Shown in pieces: positions 23,698 through 37,224 of a DNA stretch of 64,000 bases. Source of the stretch: the human T2T-CHM13v2.0 reference genome, Homo sapiens. Every line of letters begins with the position of its first letter. Positions within the stretch are counted from its first letter, which is position 1. The notes beneath the pieces are model-generated. The model saw only the letters and a list, made by a program, of their open reading frames with translations. It made no database searches and was not told the origin of the DNA. The stretch lies in NCBI RefSeq assembly GCF_009914755.1, contig NC_060934.1. The stretch is one strand, 5' to 3'. A program made the position numbers and the translations under genes.

Positions 23698-26600
23698 CTA
23701 TTTCTTAATTGCTATTACAAGTTCGAGTCATTTCATTACCAATTGATTCAAATCAGTCCATAATAAGATGTCGTGGGAGACACTGTATGAAACAATCTGT
23801 GAATTTTAATGACTTCATAAATACACTTAAAAGCAACCAAAGTGTCTCTCTTTTCAATCACTTATTTTTCTGAGGAAAGTTTATGTTTTTTTTTATTTGC
23901 AGGTTTATAATTGCAATGAGCTGGCTTTAATTAATTGAATATATTTTAATATAATTAATAAGTTGAATTCTTACTGGAATACTCAGGTGATTATGTAGTT
24001 TGAGTTCTAAAGATGCAATTTGCATATTATTAGAATAATCAGAAGTACTTCAGCATTAGAAGGAAGGTAACATTTAATTTTAGCACACTTAATCATGTGG
24101 TTACCAAAGCAAAATGAGGTAGGTAATCATATGATTTATTAAGAGGTTACGACAACTGCAACCTGCCACTGGGAATTTTTACATGGTTTTCTTGAGATAA
24201 ACCAGAAAGACATTCTGGGACCATTTTTCTCCTCAGATGTTTACAAAGCTCTGAATTGATCTTTCTGATTGCACACTTGTCCCTTTGCCCAAATCATCCT
24301 CCATTTTTACTTTTTAAAAATCATGGTGTGGACACATTTTTGGGGAGGCCAAGTTCGGGTGGCTGTGATGACAATGTGGCCCCAAATGGCAGAAGTGGGA
24401 AGGCTCCCGGCCCCGAGCAGAGAGCTGTGAAGACTCTCCCATTCCCTGACTTGGTGTGGATGGAACGTTCCCTGTGCCGACATGAGGCCTGGGCTCTTGT
24501 CAGCAGTGAAGGGTTCCACTGGCTGTCAGGGGCCTGGTAAGATAAGCTTTGTAAGACTGGGGACAATAGGTTCTGGTTAAGAAGCAAACAGATGGAACTG
24601 TGGAGTGAGCACAGGTGGGGCTCGGTGTCCCTGCCTGGGTGTCCACCATGGCCAGGGCCCTGAACAGCCAGGTGCGTGGGGTGGCCCTCATGTGGGCTGG
24701 AGCAGGCACAGCGTGGCCCCTGTGGCTGGGCAAGGGTGCTGAGCAGAGCAGCCTGGACGGTGCTGTCCACTGTCAGGTGCTGACCAGGACTCTCAGGAGG
24801 GCCCTCCACTGTGTGTGAGCTGGGGGATTCTCCGCCTGCTCTCCTGGCTTTGTTCCCTTTGATAACAGCTGGTGGTTGGCGGAAAAGCAGGGCAGCCTGG
24901 GCTCAGACCCATGGAGGAGGAGAACCAGCTCCCCGACCTTGCAACACCTTGGGTCAGCAGAAACGCGGCCACTCGAGCTCAGTGCGGCTTTCAGATGGAT
25001 GGCAGTCGCAGGTGGCTGTTTTGTTGTCACTGTCTGTTTTATGCTTTTATTTTTAAGCTGGAATGGCCACTCTTCTGAATGCTCAGTACAAGAACACAGG
25101 GAACTTTTGGGCGTCTCAGCCTGGACAGAAATGCAGGAAATGAACCCCCCAACACACAATGCCATGTCCCCCATCTCCCCTCAGCCTTCCAGTAACCACT
25201 ACCAGGACTCAGGTGACAGCTGTCCCTGAAAGGAAAGAAGCCTGCAGTTTCAGTTTCCTGGAGGCCGCATCTCCTCCCTATACAGTGGAGGTGACTTGAT
25301 AACGCACCTGTGAGCTCCTATCTGCTGCCCCACTTCTGTCTTCATTCTCTGCTCCCTGCCCAAGTTCTTCCTGCTCCCAAAGAAGCTGCAGACACTCCTG
25401 ACCTCGTGTCAGGTCTGTTTACCCCAAGAGAGGCAGCTACCACTGTCACGTGCTGACATGGGTTTAAAGCAAGGCTCCAGGCAGGAAAGAGGGAGAAGCT
25501 TCTAGGCCGAGCATGAGGAGAAAGGACCCAGTCTCACCCCAGGCCAGTGGCCGAGGATGTGAAAGAGAAGACAGCATGGCTGCAGGGGGTAGCCAGAGGC
25601 AGCAACGGGTGCCTGTGAGGATACAAGGAGGGAAGAAGTTGGCCCAGAGGGGTTTGCTGAGGACCAGACCACAGGCCGTCTGAGATGGCAGTAGGAACTG
25701 GCCAGGCTCAGACAGCAAGGATGAGAGCATTACAGGACTGGTGTCCAGACAGGAAGCGGTCAGTCCTAGAGGTCCCAAAGCTGGCAGGCAGAGGAGCTGC
25801 ACCTGCTGTTCCTGCCTGCAGGGAATGGAGGGTGTTTCTGGGCATGCATGGCCCTGGGGTGGCCATGGCCCTGGGGATGGAGTCCTGGAGTCCTGCTGGG
25901 GGACGGTCTCATCCTTGTGCAGGTTTCTTCCCGACTTCCCCCGGAGGCCCCATCTGGCAAGTGGCACTTTACCCTCAGTCCTCAGCCTGGGGTCATGGTC
26001 CTGAGCCCTGCTGGAAATATGGGCTTATTCTAAGCAATAGCTTCCCCCTCACTTCATATCACTTGCAAATAAACATAATTTCTCCCTTTTAAAATTTGCA
26101 TTATTGGATCTGTTACTTTATTTGTGCATTGCATTATCTAGCAGCAACGTGATTCTAGCAGAGGTTGGCCAGCGTCCCTGTCCTGGGCTGCCTTTGCTGG
26201 TATTTGCGAAGGGCCTCCTTCACAACTAAATGGCTTTCTTCCTTCTCTGTTTTACACAGAGCATCAAATCCCCCATGAATTGTCTTCACCAGCTTTTCTC
26301 ACACGTTGGATTCGTTAGGCACTTCCATTTCTCCTTACTTACCCAGATTATATTTTAACCACTCTGGAGCTAGAAAACCATTTGTCCTCTTCAAATCACA
26401 CTTCTGGTGCACTCTAGACACATTTCAGAAAATACTGATAGGCTCGAAGTAAAATGGAATTTAAAGTTCTGTTTTAAAAATGTGAATTCCATTTTTAAGT
26501 TGTATTTCTGCTGGAAAAATAATATTTACTGTTCTTTATGAATAATACAGTGCTATATAATTTTTCATTAAAACTATAAGAATTACTTCATAAGGCAATA

Positions 26601-26745
26601 TTTTTCAAAATAGATTTATGGTATTTAATGATTTCATTAATTTTGTGTATAATGTGACTTTTAAACTTTGCTATTAATATAATCTCACCTTTAAAGTGAA
26701 TGCACGTCTGAAATTCTCGAGACTCTAAATGGACTCACCCTGCCC

Positions 26746-26861
26746 TTCGGTTGTTGTGGGTGGTGGTCAGGTGACAGCCTGTTCTTTTGTGTCTGATTAA
26801 AGTTCGGTTGTTGTGGGTGGTGGTCAGGTGAGGACAGCATGTTCTTTTGTGTCCGATTAAA
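26746..26861. repeat. 57-bp tandem duplication
   Basis: TTCGGTTGTTGTGGGTGGTGGTCAGGTG...GATTAAA at 26746 and 26803. Confidence 0.93.
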
Positions 26862-27344
26862 ATGGTTGGTGTATCCTTCAGTTGGATCTGCTGCAACAAT
26901 CTATGAACAATGAAGATGATTTTGCCAATGTTTCTGTAGAAAAAGACCTTTTTAGAACATACATATTAGGTATATTTTTAGCACAGTAAAATGATTTTTC
27001 AAAATCAATGCACAGCAGGAAATGGTAGCTTGTAATATTTCAGTATAGTCATATGAACAGAGAATTCCTTAAAGTGCAAATGCAATTTTAGTCCATGGGG
27101 CTAATTTTGATCATGTTAAGCTCTGTAAAATCGCAGGAGCCCAGTTCATATCTCACTAAATAAGGGATTTCTTGAAAGAGTCATAGGCAGATGTCTCTAT
27201 TGGTATGAAATGCATGGGAGAGGCATAAGACCTTATTTGTGTTTGTTTAGTAGTTCAGCCTCTGGTTTATAGGACTTTTGGGTTTTTAATTTTAATAACA
27301 AACCCTATTTAAACTCAGGTGAACACTCTCTTATCGTTGGGGCC

Positions 27345-27698
27345 TACTGTGATCTGAGTGTGTGCGCTCCCCCAAATTCCCATGTTGAAGTCCTCAGCCC
27401 CAACACGAGTGTATTAGGAGGTGGGGCCTTTAGAAGGTGATTAGGCTCTGAAGGCAGATCCCCTGTGAATGGAATTCCTGTCTGCATGTAGGAGGCCCTG
27501 CCGAACTCCTTGGCCCTTCCACCATATGAGGACACAGCAGGAAGGCACCGTCTGTGAACCAGACAGCAGTTCTTACCAGACACGGAATCTGCGGGACCCT
27601 CCATCTTGGACTTCCGGCCTCCAGAACGGAAGTCAATGTCTGTGGTTTAGAAGCTGGCTGTTCTGTGCTTTTGTGTTGCAGGCTGAGTGGACTAAGGG
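27345..27698 (+). mobile_element. MaLR solo LTR (MLT1A/MSTD-like)
   Basis: TTAGGAGGTGGGGCCTTT..GAGGACACAGCAGGAAGGC..TCTTGGACTTCCGGCCTCCAGAAC..GGACTAAG. Confidence 0.85.
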
Positions 27699-28473
27699 GC
27701 ATATTTCATGCACTTGTTTAACTGGATTCTCATTTTGTCTGGTCTGCGGCCATTCATGTTGCCCACTCAGGGTTTATTTACAGGCACTTTGCCTGTGTCT
27801 TCAGGGCATGGCCCTTCCTACAGCCATGTGCCCCGTGATCATTATGACGACAGGCAGAGACAAAATGCCTCTTACCTCTTACACCATGCTGTTCAGAAAG
27901 TCCGGCAAGCTATTTTGTTGTAAAAGAAAATAGCATTAACTACCAAACGAAATCATACTGCCTGTGGATTTTATCATTCAAGATGTTCTGGGTAAAGCTG
28001 TCCTTCGTAAATAAAGAGCTGTCCTTCATAAATAAAGGAGTCCTGTTTATTTGAAGTGTTTTTTTTGTTGTTGTTGTTGTTGTTACAAATAGACTCACTC
28101 TAAACCAGTGAGCAAATATAAGAGCATATATGCCAGGCGGGAAAATCGTGACTCAGCCCATCCACACAGGCGCGTTTCCTGCGGGCTCCGTCCTGACCCT
28201 GCTTCCAGCGGCATTTCCAGTAAGGTCCAGTCATCAGTCTCTCAGATCCACCTAACTCACGCTTCAATAGCCCTGTTCAAAACTCTCCTTCTTCACTGTT
28301 TTACATATTCAGGTGAGGTTCTGCTCGGCGCACTGGTGAGTGCATGCTTTCTCCCCACAGCGCTTCTCTACCTCAAGAAAGAATTCACGAAACCTCTCTT
28401 AAGGTGCCTCCACCCAGCGAATGTTCCTTCTTTCTCTGCATCTCCATTGGGAGGCAGGTTCTATGCAGCGAGT

Positions 28474-28811
<338 letters not shown>

Positions 28812-29091
28812 CAGGTCTCGCTCCGTGGCCCAGGCTGGAGTACACTCGTGGCAGGATCTCGTCTCACTGCAATCTGTGCCTCCCAGTTTCAAGCGATTCT
28901 CCTGCTTCAGCCTCCCAAGGTGTTGGGATTACAGGCACCGGCCACCACGCACAGATAATTGTTGCATTTTTTGTAGAGACGGGGTTTCTCCACGTTGGCC
29001 AGGCTGGTCTTGAACTCCTGACCTCAAGTGATCCACCCACCTCGGCCTTCCAAAGTGCTGGGATTACAGGCGTAAGCCCCCGCACCCGGCC
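28812..29091 (-). mobile_element. AluS (Sz-like)
   Basis: GAACTCCTGACCTCAAGTGATCC; dimer body complete. Confidence 0.92.
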
Positions 29092-30779
29092 CACACGGCA
29101 AGTGCTCCTATGATCCTGCTCTTTGTTGGGTCACATTGTGAAGGCTGGAGGTGATCACTGAAGCTGATCGTCTATTTGCTGTGTAGAGAAAATTATATTG
29201 ATACCAAAATCAACAACCAAAATGCTTGCTTTTATCTGTTAAGAATTAAGTGATCTCTTTAAGTTTTATATACGTCTATGGCATTCTCTGCTGGTAGGCA
29301 TTAGCCTCTCTCTAGGTCCCTGGAATATTCTGAGATACAGAGATCATTGATGGTAGAAATGAGTTCTATTGAAGATAGTAGTTGATTTTCCTTTCCAGTA
29401 TAGTCTAACAAATTATACGTGCAAATTTAATGGGATCAGGATAGAAAATAACTGCTGAAAAAAAGGAAGGATGTACTTACTTCAAAGGACGCCACTGCCA
29501 CACAGCATGGCAGCAATAACACCTGGGCTAACATCTGAAAACACAGCACCGATACTTTCAGTGGTTAGTAATAGAAGGATTGTTTATAACCCTCCTGAAC
29601 TGGGAAAATGATGTATGTTCTGATGGAATCAGAGTTCACTCCATGACGTGCAGAGGAGAGATGCAGAGACTGAGAACAAAATAAATTCTGAAATCCAAAG
29701 CAAGGGTTTTATAACAACGTTGAGTTGTTTTGTATTCAAATAATTTCCCCCGCATTATAATAAACTAAGCACATTGTTGAGCAGGGCAAGAATACAGTGG
29801 ATAAAAATGGAATTAAATAATCAGTTTAGTAATTCTGTCTTGAGTACCTACTGTGCGTTAGTTTGCTCTGCAAACTGTCAATTTTAGTTGAACTTATAAG
29901 CAAATACAGATGCATGGACCTTTGCCTGTGAATCTGAGAACAGTTTGGTCTAACAGGGGATGAAGGGATGGCAAAAAGCCCTCTCTAAACCATAGATCAT
30001 ATAATTAGAGTGAAGCTTTTCTCTAGGCTGAAAAGTAATTGTTGGCAGGTGCACATATCAAAACCAATGCCAAGATGCATAATGTTGAAGAATTATTATT
30101 CTAGTTATCACAACTTCCCTCAGTAATTCTAACTGTCAAGTTTTGCTGACCGATTATACCGAAATAGATAATAATATGGACTTGTGCTGAATTGTGCCTC
30201 TGGATAATTGCATTGTCATACTAAACCATTAAAACTGCTGAATTATTATTTGCACATCTTCTTGGACACAAAAAAGATAATCCCGTCACAGAACCAGGAC
30301 AGAAGCAGGCTGGTGTTGACATGCTTTGAGTTTCTGTCATACGCGGAGCCTGTCATGGGCAAAGCAGCCACTGTACACCTCACAGGCACTCACACCTCAT
30401 AGAGCGCCCAAGTTAACAAGGCCAACACAGTGCTGAAACCTCAAAACAGAATAAAGTGTAATTTAACATGAAAAATATATTCAAACATATAATTTAAGAA
30501 ACACTGAAGATCATGTTTACATTAAAAACTGTTTTTCTATGCAAATTGCATTTTACAGGTCCCAAAGAGATTGTGCTGTGTAGAATCTGAAAAAGCTCAT
30601 GATAACTTTTTAAAAATACAATCATTCATTCATTCATGCAAAATATTTAGCAGACATGACAGAAATATCGGCAGAAGGCTGTGAATGCAGAAATGTTCTG
30701 CTATTGATCTGTTTAAAAAGCCAAGTGTTTTCTTCTTTTATTTTTATTTTTTTGCATTTCTTCCTGCAGCCTCTGTCAC

Positions 30780-31100
30780 TGTGTGTATGCATGTGTTATC
30801 TGTATACATGTGTATGTTTGTGTGTGCACATTTGCATATGTCTATATTTGTCTGTATGTGGTGTATTTGGTAGGGTGTTTGTATATGTATGTGCATGTTT
30901 ATGTGTGTGAGTTTCTGTGTACATACACATGTGTTGTGTTTGCAGTGTGGTGTGTGTATGTGTAGTCTAGTGTGTGTGGGTGGTATGGTGTGTGTATGCA
31001 TATGAATGTGAGTCTGTGTGCATGTATGTGTATGTCTGTATATGTTTGTGTGTTTCTGTGTGTGCTGTGTGTGCTATGTATGTGTAGGGGCTTGTGTGTG
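30780..31100. repeat. Degenerate (TG)n low-complexity tract
   Basis: Direct inspection. Confidence 0.9.
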
Positions 31101-31415
31101 ATGGAGTGCCCCATGAGGTGAATATTCATAGGTGAGCCTGACTGTAAACATCTCCTTCCTTGCAGCCAGCTGCTCTGGGGCTGACCTCCTGCACATCCTC
31201 TGAGGCAGGTGCCTGGGCTTTTCACCTGGACAACAGGGCGAGACTGGGGAGTCGCTTGCACCCATTTGCATAAAATTATGACCAAGAAAACAGCGGCTGC
31301 AATCTGATTGTTGCTGATGTCTTAGAGATCATCCTCAGACTTACTGGACTAAACAGCCATTCTCAACACCCGATGATACCCTCCAAGGGCCCATTCCTCC
31401 TCCTTAAGAAATGCC

Positions 31416-32632
31416 TGAAGTCAGGTAGTATGATGCCTCCAGCTTTGTATTTTTTGCTTAGGATTTCTTTGGCTATATGGGTTCCTCTTTGATTCCTTAT
31501 GAAATTTAAAATAGTTTTTTTCTAACTCTGTGAAGAATGTCAATGGTAGTTTGATGGGAATAACACTGAATCTATAAATTACTTTGGGCAGTATAACTAT
31601 TTTCATGATATTGATTTTTCTTATCCATGAGGATGGAATGTTTTTCCATTTGTTTGTGTCTTCTCTTATTTCCTTGAGAAGTAGTTTCTAGTTCTCCTTG
31701 AAAAGGTCCTTTATATCCCTTGTTAGCTGTATTCCTAGGCATTGTATTCCCTTTTTGACGATTTTGAATGGGAGTTCATTCATGATTTGGCTCTCCGCTT
31801 TTCTATTGTTGGTGTAAAGGAATGCTTGTGGTTTTTGCACATTGATTTTGTATCCTGACACTTTGTTGAAGTTGCTTATCAGTTTAAAGAGTTTTTAGGC
31901 TGAGATGATGGGGTTTTCTAAATATAAAATCGTGTCATCTGCAAATACAGACAATCTGACTTCCTCTCTTCCTATTTGAATACCTTTTATTTCTTTCTCT
32001 TGTCTGATTGCCCAACCAGAACTGCCAATACTACGTTGAATAGCAGTGATGAGAGAGGGCATCCTGGTCTTGTACCGGTTTTCAAAGGGAATGTTTCCAG
32101 CTTTTGCCCATTCAATATGATATTGGCTGTGGATTTGTCATAAATAGCTCTTATTATTTTGAGATATGTTCCATCAATACCTAGTTTATTCAGGGTTTTT
32201 AACATGAAGGGATGTTGAATTTTATCAAAGGTCTTTTCTGCATCTGTTGACATAATTCTATGGTTTTTCTGTTAGTTCTGTTTATGTCATAGATTATGCT
32301 TGTTGATTTGCATATGTTGAACCAGCCTTGCATCCCAGGGATGAAGCCGACTTGATCGCGGTCGATAAGTTTTTTGATGTGCTGCTGGATTCAGTTTGCC
32401 AGTATTTTATTGAGGATTTTCACATAGATGTTCATTAGGGTTATTGGCCTAAAATTTTCTTTTTTGGTTGTGTCTCTTACCGGTTTTGGTATCAGGATGA
32501 TGCTGGCTTCATAAAATGAGTTAGGGAAGAGTTCTTCCTTTTCAAATGTTTGGAATAGTTTCAGAAGGAATGGTACCAGCTCTTCTTTTTATTTCTGGTA
32601 GAATTCAGCTGTGAATCCATCTGGTCCTGGGC
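31416..32632 (-). mobile_element. L1PA (PA7/8-like) ORF2 RT-region segment, inverted part of a 5'-inverted insertion
   Basis: ORFs 31987-32253 ([27 protein letters not shown]) and 31421-31606 ([13 protein letters not shown]-like) are broken L1 ORF2. Confidence 0.93.
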
Positions 32633-32785
32633 ATGTTGTGCACATGGACGGCATTTTTTTTTTTAGTAGAAAGAAAGAAAGAAGGAAAGAAAGAGAGAGA
32701 GAGGGAGGGAGGGAGGGAGGAAGAAAGGAAGGAAGGAAGGAAGGAAGGAAGGAAGGAAGGAAGGAAGGAAGGAAGGAAGGGAGAG
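32631..32785 (+). mobile_element. Very short L1PA 3' terminus plus tail converted to (GAAA)(GGAG)(GGAA)n
   Basis: GCATGTTGTGCACATG matches the L1PA 3' end; followed by a purine tract and the right TSD AGAAATGCCTG (32786-32796; left copy 31407-31417). Confidence 0.75.
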
Positions 32786-33667
32786 AGAAATGCCTGGTGT
32801 ATGGCTCTCCCTGTCAGCTGCCTCCTCCTATAAGAAGTTGTGGTTTCTACAACATCTGTTCATGTTTGTCCATGCTGGCACATTTCCCTGATTCCCTGAA
32901 AACTTTGTCTTGTAGAACAGCAAGGGGCTGCCTTGGGCAAAATCCAGAGCTGGGATCTTCCAGACAAGCTCTTCTCTTCTTCCTGGGGACAGCTGAGCCG
33001 CTGCGCCCCAACACTCCCGCAAGCCCTGAATTTTAGAGGAGGGGTTGGAGGCACATGCAGCCTCTTGTCTGGCTCTGGTCTTGTCTAGAAGCATCCATGA
33101 GGGAGAATGTGGGTAGATTTCCAGGAACACCCTCCCCACATCTTCACCTGAGGCCCCATTTTCCAGGATTTGTTCTGTGCCCCCTGGTACTTTTTTTCCT
33201 TGAGGCAGAGACTGGGGATGAGAAATAGTTTGATTTTTAGACAAAGCAAACCCTGGCTCATTTGTATTTCTAGAAAATTCTGCCTGAAAATGGAATAGAT
33301 CATTATTTAGCTCACGGTGGTCCCTTGTCACTCGGCCCCGGTCTCCTAACCTGATCATCATTGCCCCTGTGCCCTCTGAGGGCCGCTGCCAGCGTCCTGA
33401 TGTGGCACCAGGAGGGTCAGCCTCCTCCAGCACCAGCGCCGCCTTCACCACCAGCCTTGCAAGGAGCCTCAGGGCCTTGCTGGAGCCTTTGGGGATCCCC
33501 TGGCACCCCGGTTCTCATTAACACCCGCGCATGGCCCTTCTAGCTCTGCCCCACCTGGGACCAAGCCAAAGCCCTCTGTCTAAGGTTTGGGGGCTGGAAT
33601 TACGTGAGTTTTCCTTTTCACTTACACTTCTGGAGCCTGGCCATGGTGAAGCAAGACTATGGGTCAC

Positions 33668-33946
33668 CAGGACGTCCCCCAAGGCTCCTCCTGTCACTAT
33701 CCAACAGGATGTCCCCAGGGGCTCCTCCTGTCACAAACCATCAGATGTCCATGCAAGGCTCCTCCTGTCACCATCCATCAGGATGTTCACAGGGGATCCC
33801 TCCCATCACCGTCCATCAGGACGTTCACCCAGGGCTCCTCCCCTCACCGTCCATCAGGAAGTCCCCCGGGGCTCCTCCCATCACCGTCCTTCAGGAAGTT
33901 CACCCAGGGCTCCTCCCATCACCATCCATCAGGACATCCCCCGGGG
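33668..33946. repeat. 37-38-bp GC-rich minisatellite, ~7.5 copies
   Basis: CAGGA.GT.C.CC.GGGCTCCTCC..TCACC.TCCAT units. Confidence 0.93.
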
Positions 33947-34251
33947 TTGTTCATGTCCTGGCCTGCTCTGCACACCCTGCGGCAGGCAACAAGTGTAGGG
34001 ACTTCCCGGACGGTGGCTCGGGTCAGCTAGTGTTGCTATTCTTCTTGTGACCCAGCGTCAAAAGTCACATCGCGTTGCTTCTGCTATGTGCTATGGGAGG
34101 AAAGGTCCCAGGCCTACCTGGGCTCAAGGAGGGAACCATCTTTCATGGAAAGGGGCAAGGTCTCATTGTTGAAGAAGCTGGGATGGAAGAAATGGTTGCT
34201 GTCGATGTTGAACGATGAAGTCGCTCAAAGCTACTATGCCAAATATGTTGC

Positions 34252-34633
34252 TTCTGTGGGCTTAGTTGAGTGACCCCCAAATTCACATCAAAGTGCTAAT
34301 GTTCAATATTGCAAAACGTCACTCTATATGGAAACAAAGCCTTTAAAGAGATAATCAAATTAAATGAGACTATTATAGTGGCTCTAATCCATTCTGCCTG
34401 GTGTCCCCAGAAGCAGAAGTATTAGAACACAGACATGCACGGAGAGATGACCCTGTGAGGACACAGAGGGGAAGAGGCCCAGCTGCAGGCCACAGAGAGA
34501 AGCCTCAGGAGGAACCACCCTGACCACACCGTCATCTCCCACTTCCAGCCTCCAGGACTGTGAAAGAATAAGTGTCTGTTTTCTAAGTCGCTGGTCTGTG
34601 CTATTTTGTGCTGGAAGCCCCAGCAAACAAACA
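34252..34633 (+). mobile_element. MLT1B-like solo LTR
   Basis: GTGAGGACACAG..GAGAGAAGCCTCAGGAGGAACC..CTTCCAGCCTCCAGGACTGTGA..CCCAGCAAAC. Confidence 0.82.
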
Positions 34634-35915
34634 GTACTGCTTCTCCTCTTACTTCAGAAAGTTGTAAATAAAATATTGTTATCTCAGAACTGTAATCTAG
34701 GCATGTAGGACATTCCATGAGAAAACAAACAAACAAACAAAACCTAATTAGAAGCATGGAAAATGCAAAAATAGAGCTCAGGTCAACAATTAATAAATAT
34801 TTAGTTGGGTAATAAAATATCGCTGTTGCCTCAAACTGGTAGCAATTTAGTGGAAAACCAGAGTCAACCCCCGGAGCACAGACCTAGGGGGTTCCAATAC
34901 AGTCTTTTCTGCAAAACACCAGTGTCACTTCCACCTGGTATCGTGTCACCTGTCTCTGTCTTTCTATGCCCTTTCCTCCCTCTGTGTGCTTCTCCAGGTG
35001 CTCACATCTCCCTCTTTCGTGAGGGGTTAAGTGATGTTGAGAGCTGCCCAACGCAGAGGCAGAAAAATGTACGTTTGAAAACTTACTCTAAGGATTCCTC
35101 CAACCACCAGCCTCAGACCTACTTCACAACTACCGATTATATTTCCAGGTCAATTGGCTAACTGAAGTGTATCTCTGTCTGCCAGCTTAAATATTATTAT
35201 TTATTCTTGAAACAACAACAACAAAAAAAGGAAACCATATGTCTAAATGCTTCAGAAATGGTCCCTTTTTCAATCAGCGCATCTTGAACAACATATGTGT
35301 GTATCATCTTTATTAAGTGAGAACTAGGGAGCCACATTTTTTATGGTGCCTTCACAGATTGGTGTTTTCCAAATAGGAACAATTTACATCATCACGATAC
35401 ATCTCTTTTGGTGTAGGAAATATTTCTGCTCAGAAAATACAGGGTTAGCACTTGGCTTGCTTTAGTCCAGATATCCCATAAATGTGTTCTGAAGAAACAC
35501 GTAGATGGGAGAAAATGAATAACTATTATTCAAATATCTGGAATAAAACAAATTCACAAACACATGTATATACAAACAGTAATCTGACTTGAGAAAGTTC
35601 TTAGGGGTGCACTTGTATCAAGATCTCTAATGAGGGTGTGGCTTTATGAAATCAAATACATGGAAGTACAGCATAAAATTATAAATCAAAATTCATTTTT
35701 TGTGCTTACCCAGGGAAGACTATAAACCAGTTTACATTAGTATTAATTTCTTCAATTTTTAAATTTCTTAAGTAGTATATATTCCTTTAAAAATAGTATC
35801 TTGGATTGCATAACCATATTTGACTTTGCAGTCACACTTCTGCCTCCTGGCTGCCAAAAAATCCTTCAAGCAGGGAACCCCTTATTTTTAAACATGTAAA
35901 ATGACCACTCCCCTC

Positions 35916-36073
35916 ATCACAAAAGAAGTGTGACATAGGCAAGCCTTGAAATTCACATTCATAAAGAAACTACAAGAGCGCATATGATCACACGGAATTG
36001 TGACATAGACAGGCCTTGAAATCTACTTCCATAAGAAAACTACATGATCGCATATGATTACACAGAAGTGTGA
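35916..36073. repeat. 70-bp tandem duplication (2.2 copies)
   Basis: TGACATAG at 35931 and 36001, with a partial third unit reaching 36073. Confidence 0.85.
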
Positions 36074-36444
36074 ATGCGTGGAAATGAACAGATGGAGAAA
36101 CCATCTCCCGGTCGGCAGGCTTCCTTCTAGAGGGGCAGAGTGGGTGTGGGGGGACCACATTACCTTCCTGTGTTGGGATTTCTTTTATTGTTCTCTGGTG
36201 GGAAACCATAGTGTGTTACCTTTATAATTAAAATCAGTAAGTGCACCTGCTATGCAAAGCCTGCAGTGGGGCTCACCCACATGTCTTTGGGACCCTGTCT
36301 CACTTGTGGAAGGCATGGTGTGAGGCTTCAGGAGATAGAGAAATGCTATGTAATATGCTCGGGCCTTACATGGCCACCATGGACTTATTTAGACCATAGC
36401 CTCCAGGACGTATCCATGTCCTCCTGCTTGGAGGGGCAACGTAG

Positions 36445-36754
36445 TTTTTTAATTTAATTTTATTTTATTTTTTGAGACAAAGTCTTGTTTTGTCACCAGA
36501 ATAGAATGCAGTGGCCAGATCTCAGCTCACGGCAACCTCCGCCTCCTGAGTTCAAGCAATTCTCCTGTCTCAGCCTCCTGAGTAGCTGGGACTACAGGCA
36601 TGCACCACCATGCCTGGCTAATTTTTGTATTTTCAGTAGAAACAGGGTTTCACCATGTTGACCAGGCTGGTCTTGAACTGCTGACCTCAAGTGATCCATG
36701 CACCTCGGCCTCCCAAAGTGCTGGGATTACAGGTGTGAGCCACCCTACCCAGCT
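36445..36754 (-). mobile_element. AluS (Sz/Sx-like)
   Basis: Full dimer; TSD-like AC[G/T]TAGTTTTT on both sides. Confidence 0.93.
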
Positions 36755-37224
36755 GAGACTTAGTTTTTCAGATGTTTCTAACATCGTGTGTGTGTGTGTG
36801 TATGTGTGTGTGAGTTAAACTATTCAGTACTATGAAAGCCAAAGACATGAAAAAGCCTCATTATTCAGAAATGGTAGAGAAAAGACTTGGTGTGAAATAG
36901 AGCACTGCAGGCAATGGGGCCACTCCTTACAGTGGCTTGGCAGCTGCTGAGCAATGGCCCTGCAGGACGAGGTCCTTCTGGGGCCAGCACAGCAGCCTGA
37001 CATGCTGCAGAGCCACCACGCCTGGTCCCCTTCTCTTTAACCATGTTTCCGATGTGTGAAGAGTGGAGGTCCTGTTGATTTAACCTGTGTAAAACAGCAT
37101 ATATTTTTTTAAATAGTGCACATGATATTTGGCAGAATACGTGTTCATAATGGGTTTGACAGTCCAGAACCGTGAGCTGAGTCAATAGTATATTTAATAT
37201 TTTCTAGAAAGAATTATTAATAAC

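Noticed and set aside
24256-26092. Cluster of overlapping 70-167-aa ORFs
   Set aside because: Expected from high GC content; overlapping on both strands with no recognisable domain
31421-32253. Reverse-transcriptase-like ORFs that might suggest a novel retroelement system
   Set aside because: Ordinary broken L1 ORF2 sequence
32828-34050. 207-, 155-, 148- and 123-aa ORFs
   Set aside because: GC-rich sequence and the 37-38-bp minisatellite; no recognisable domain
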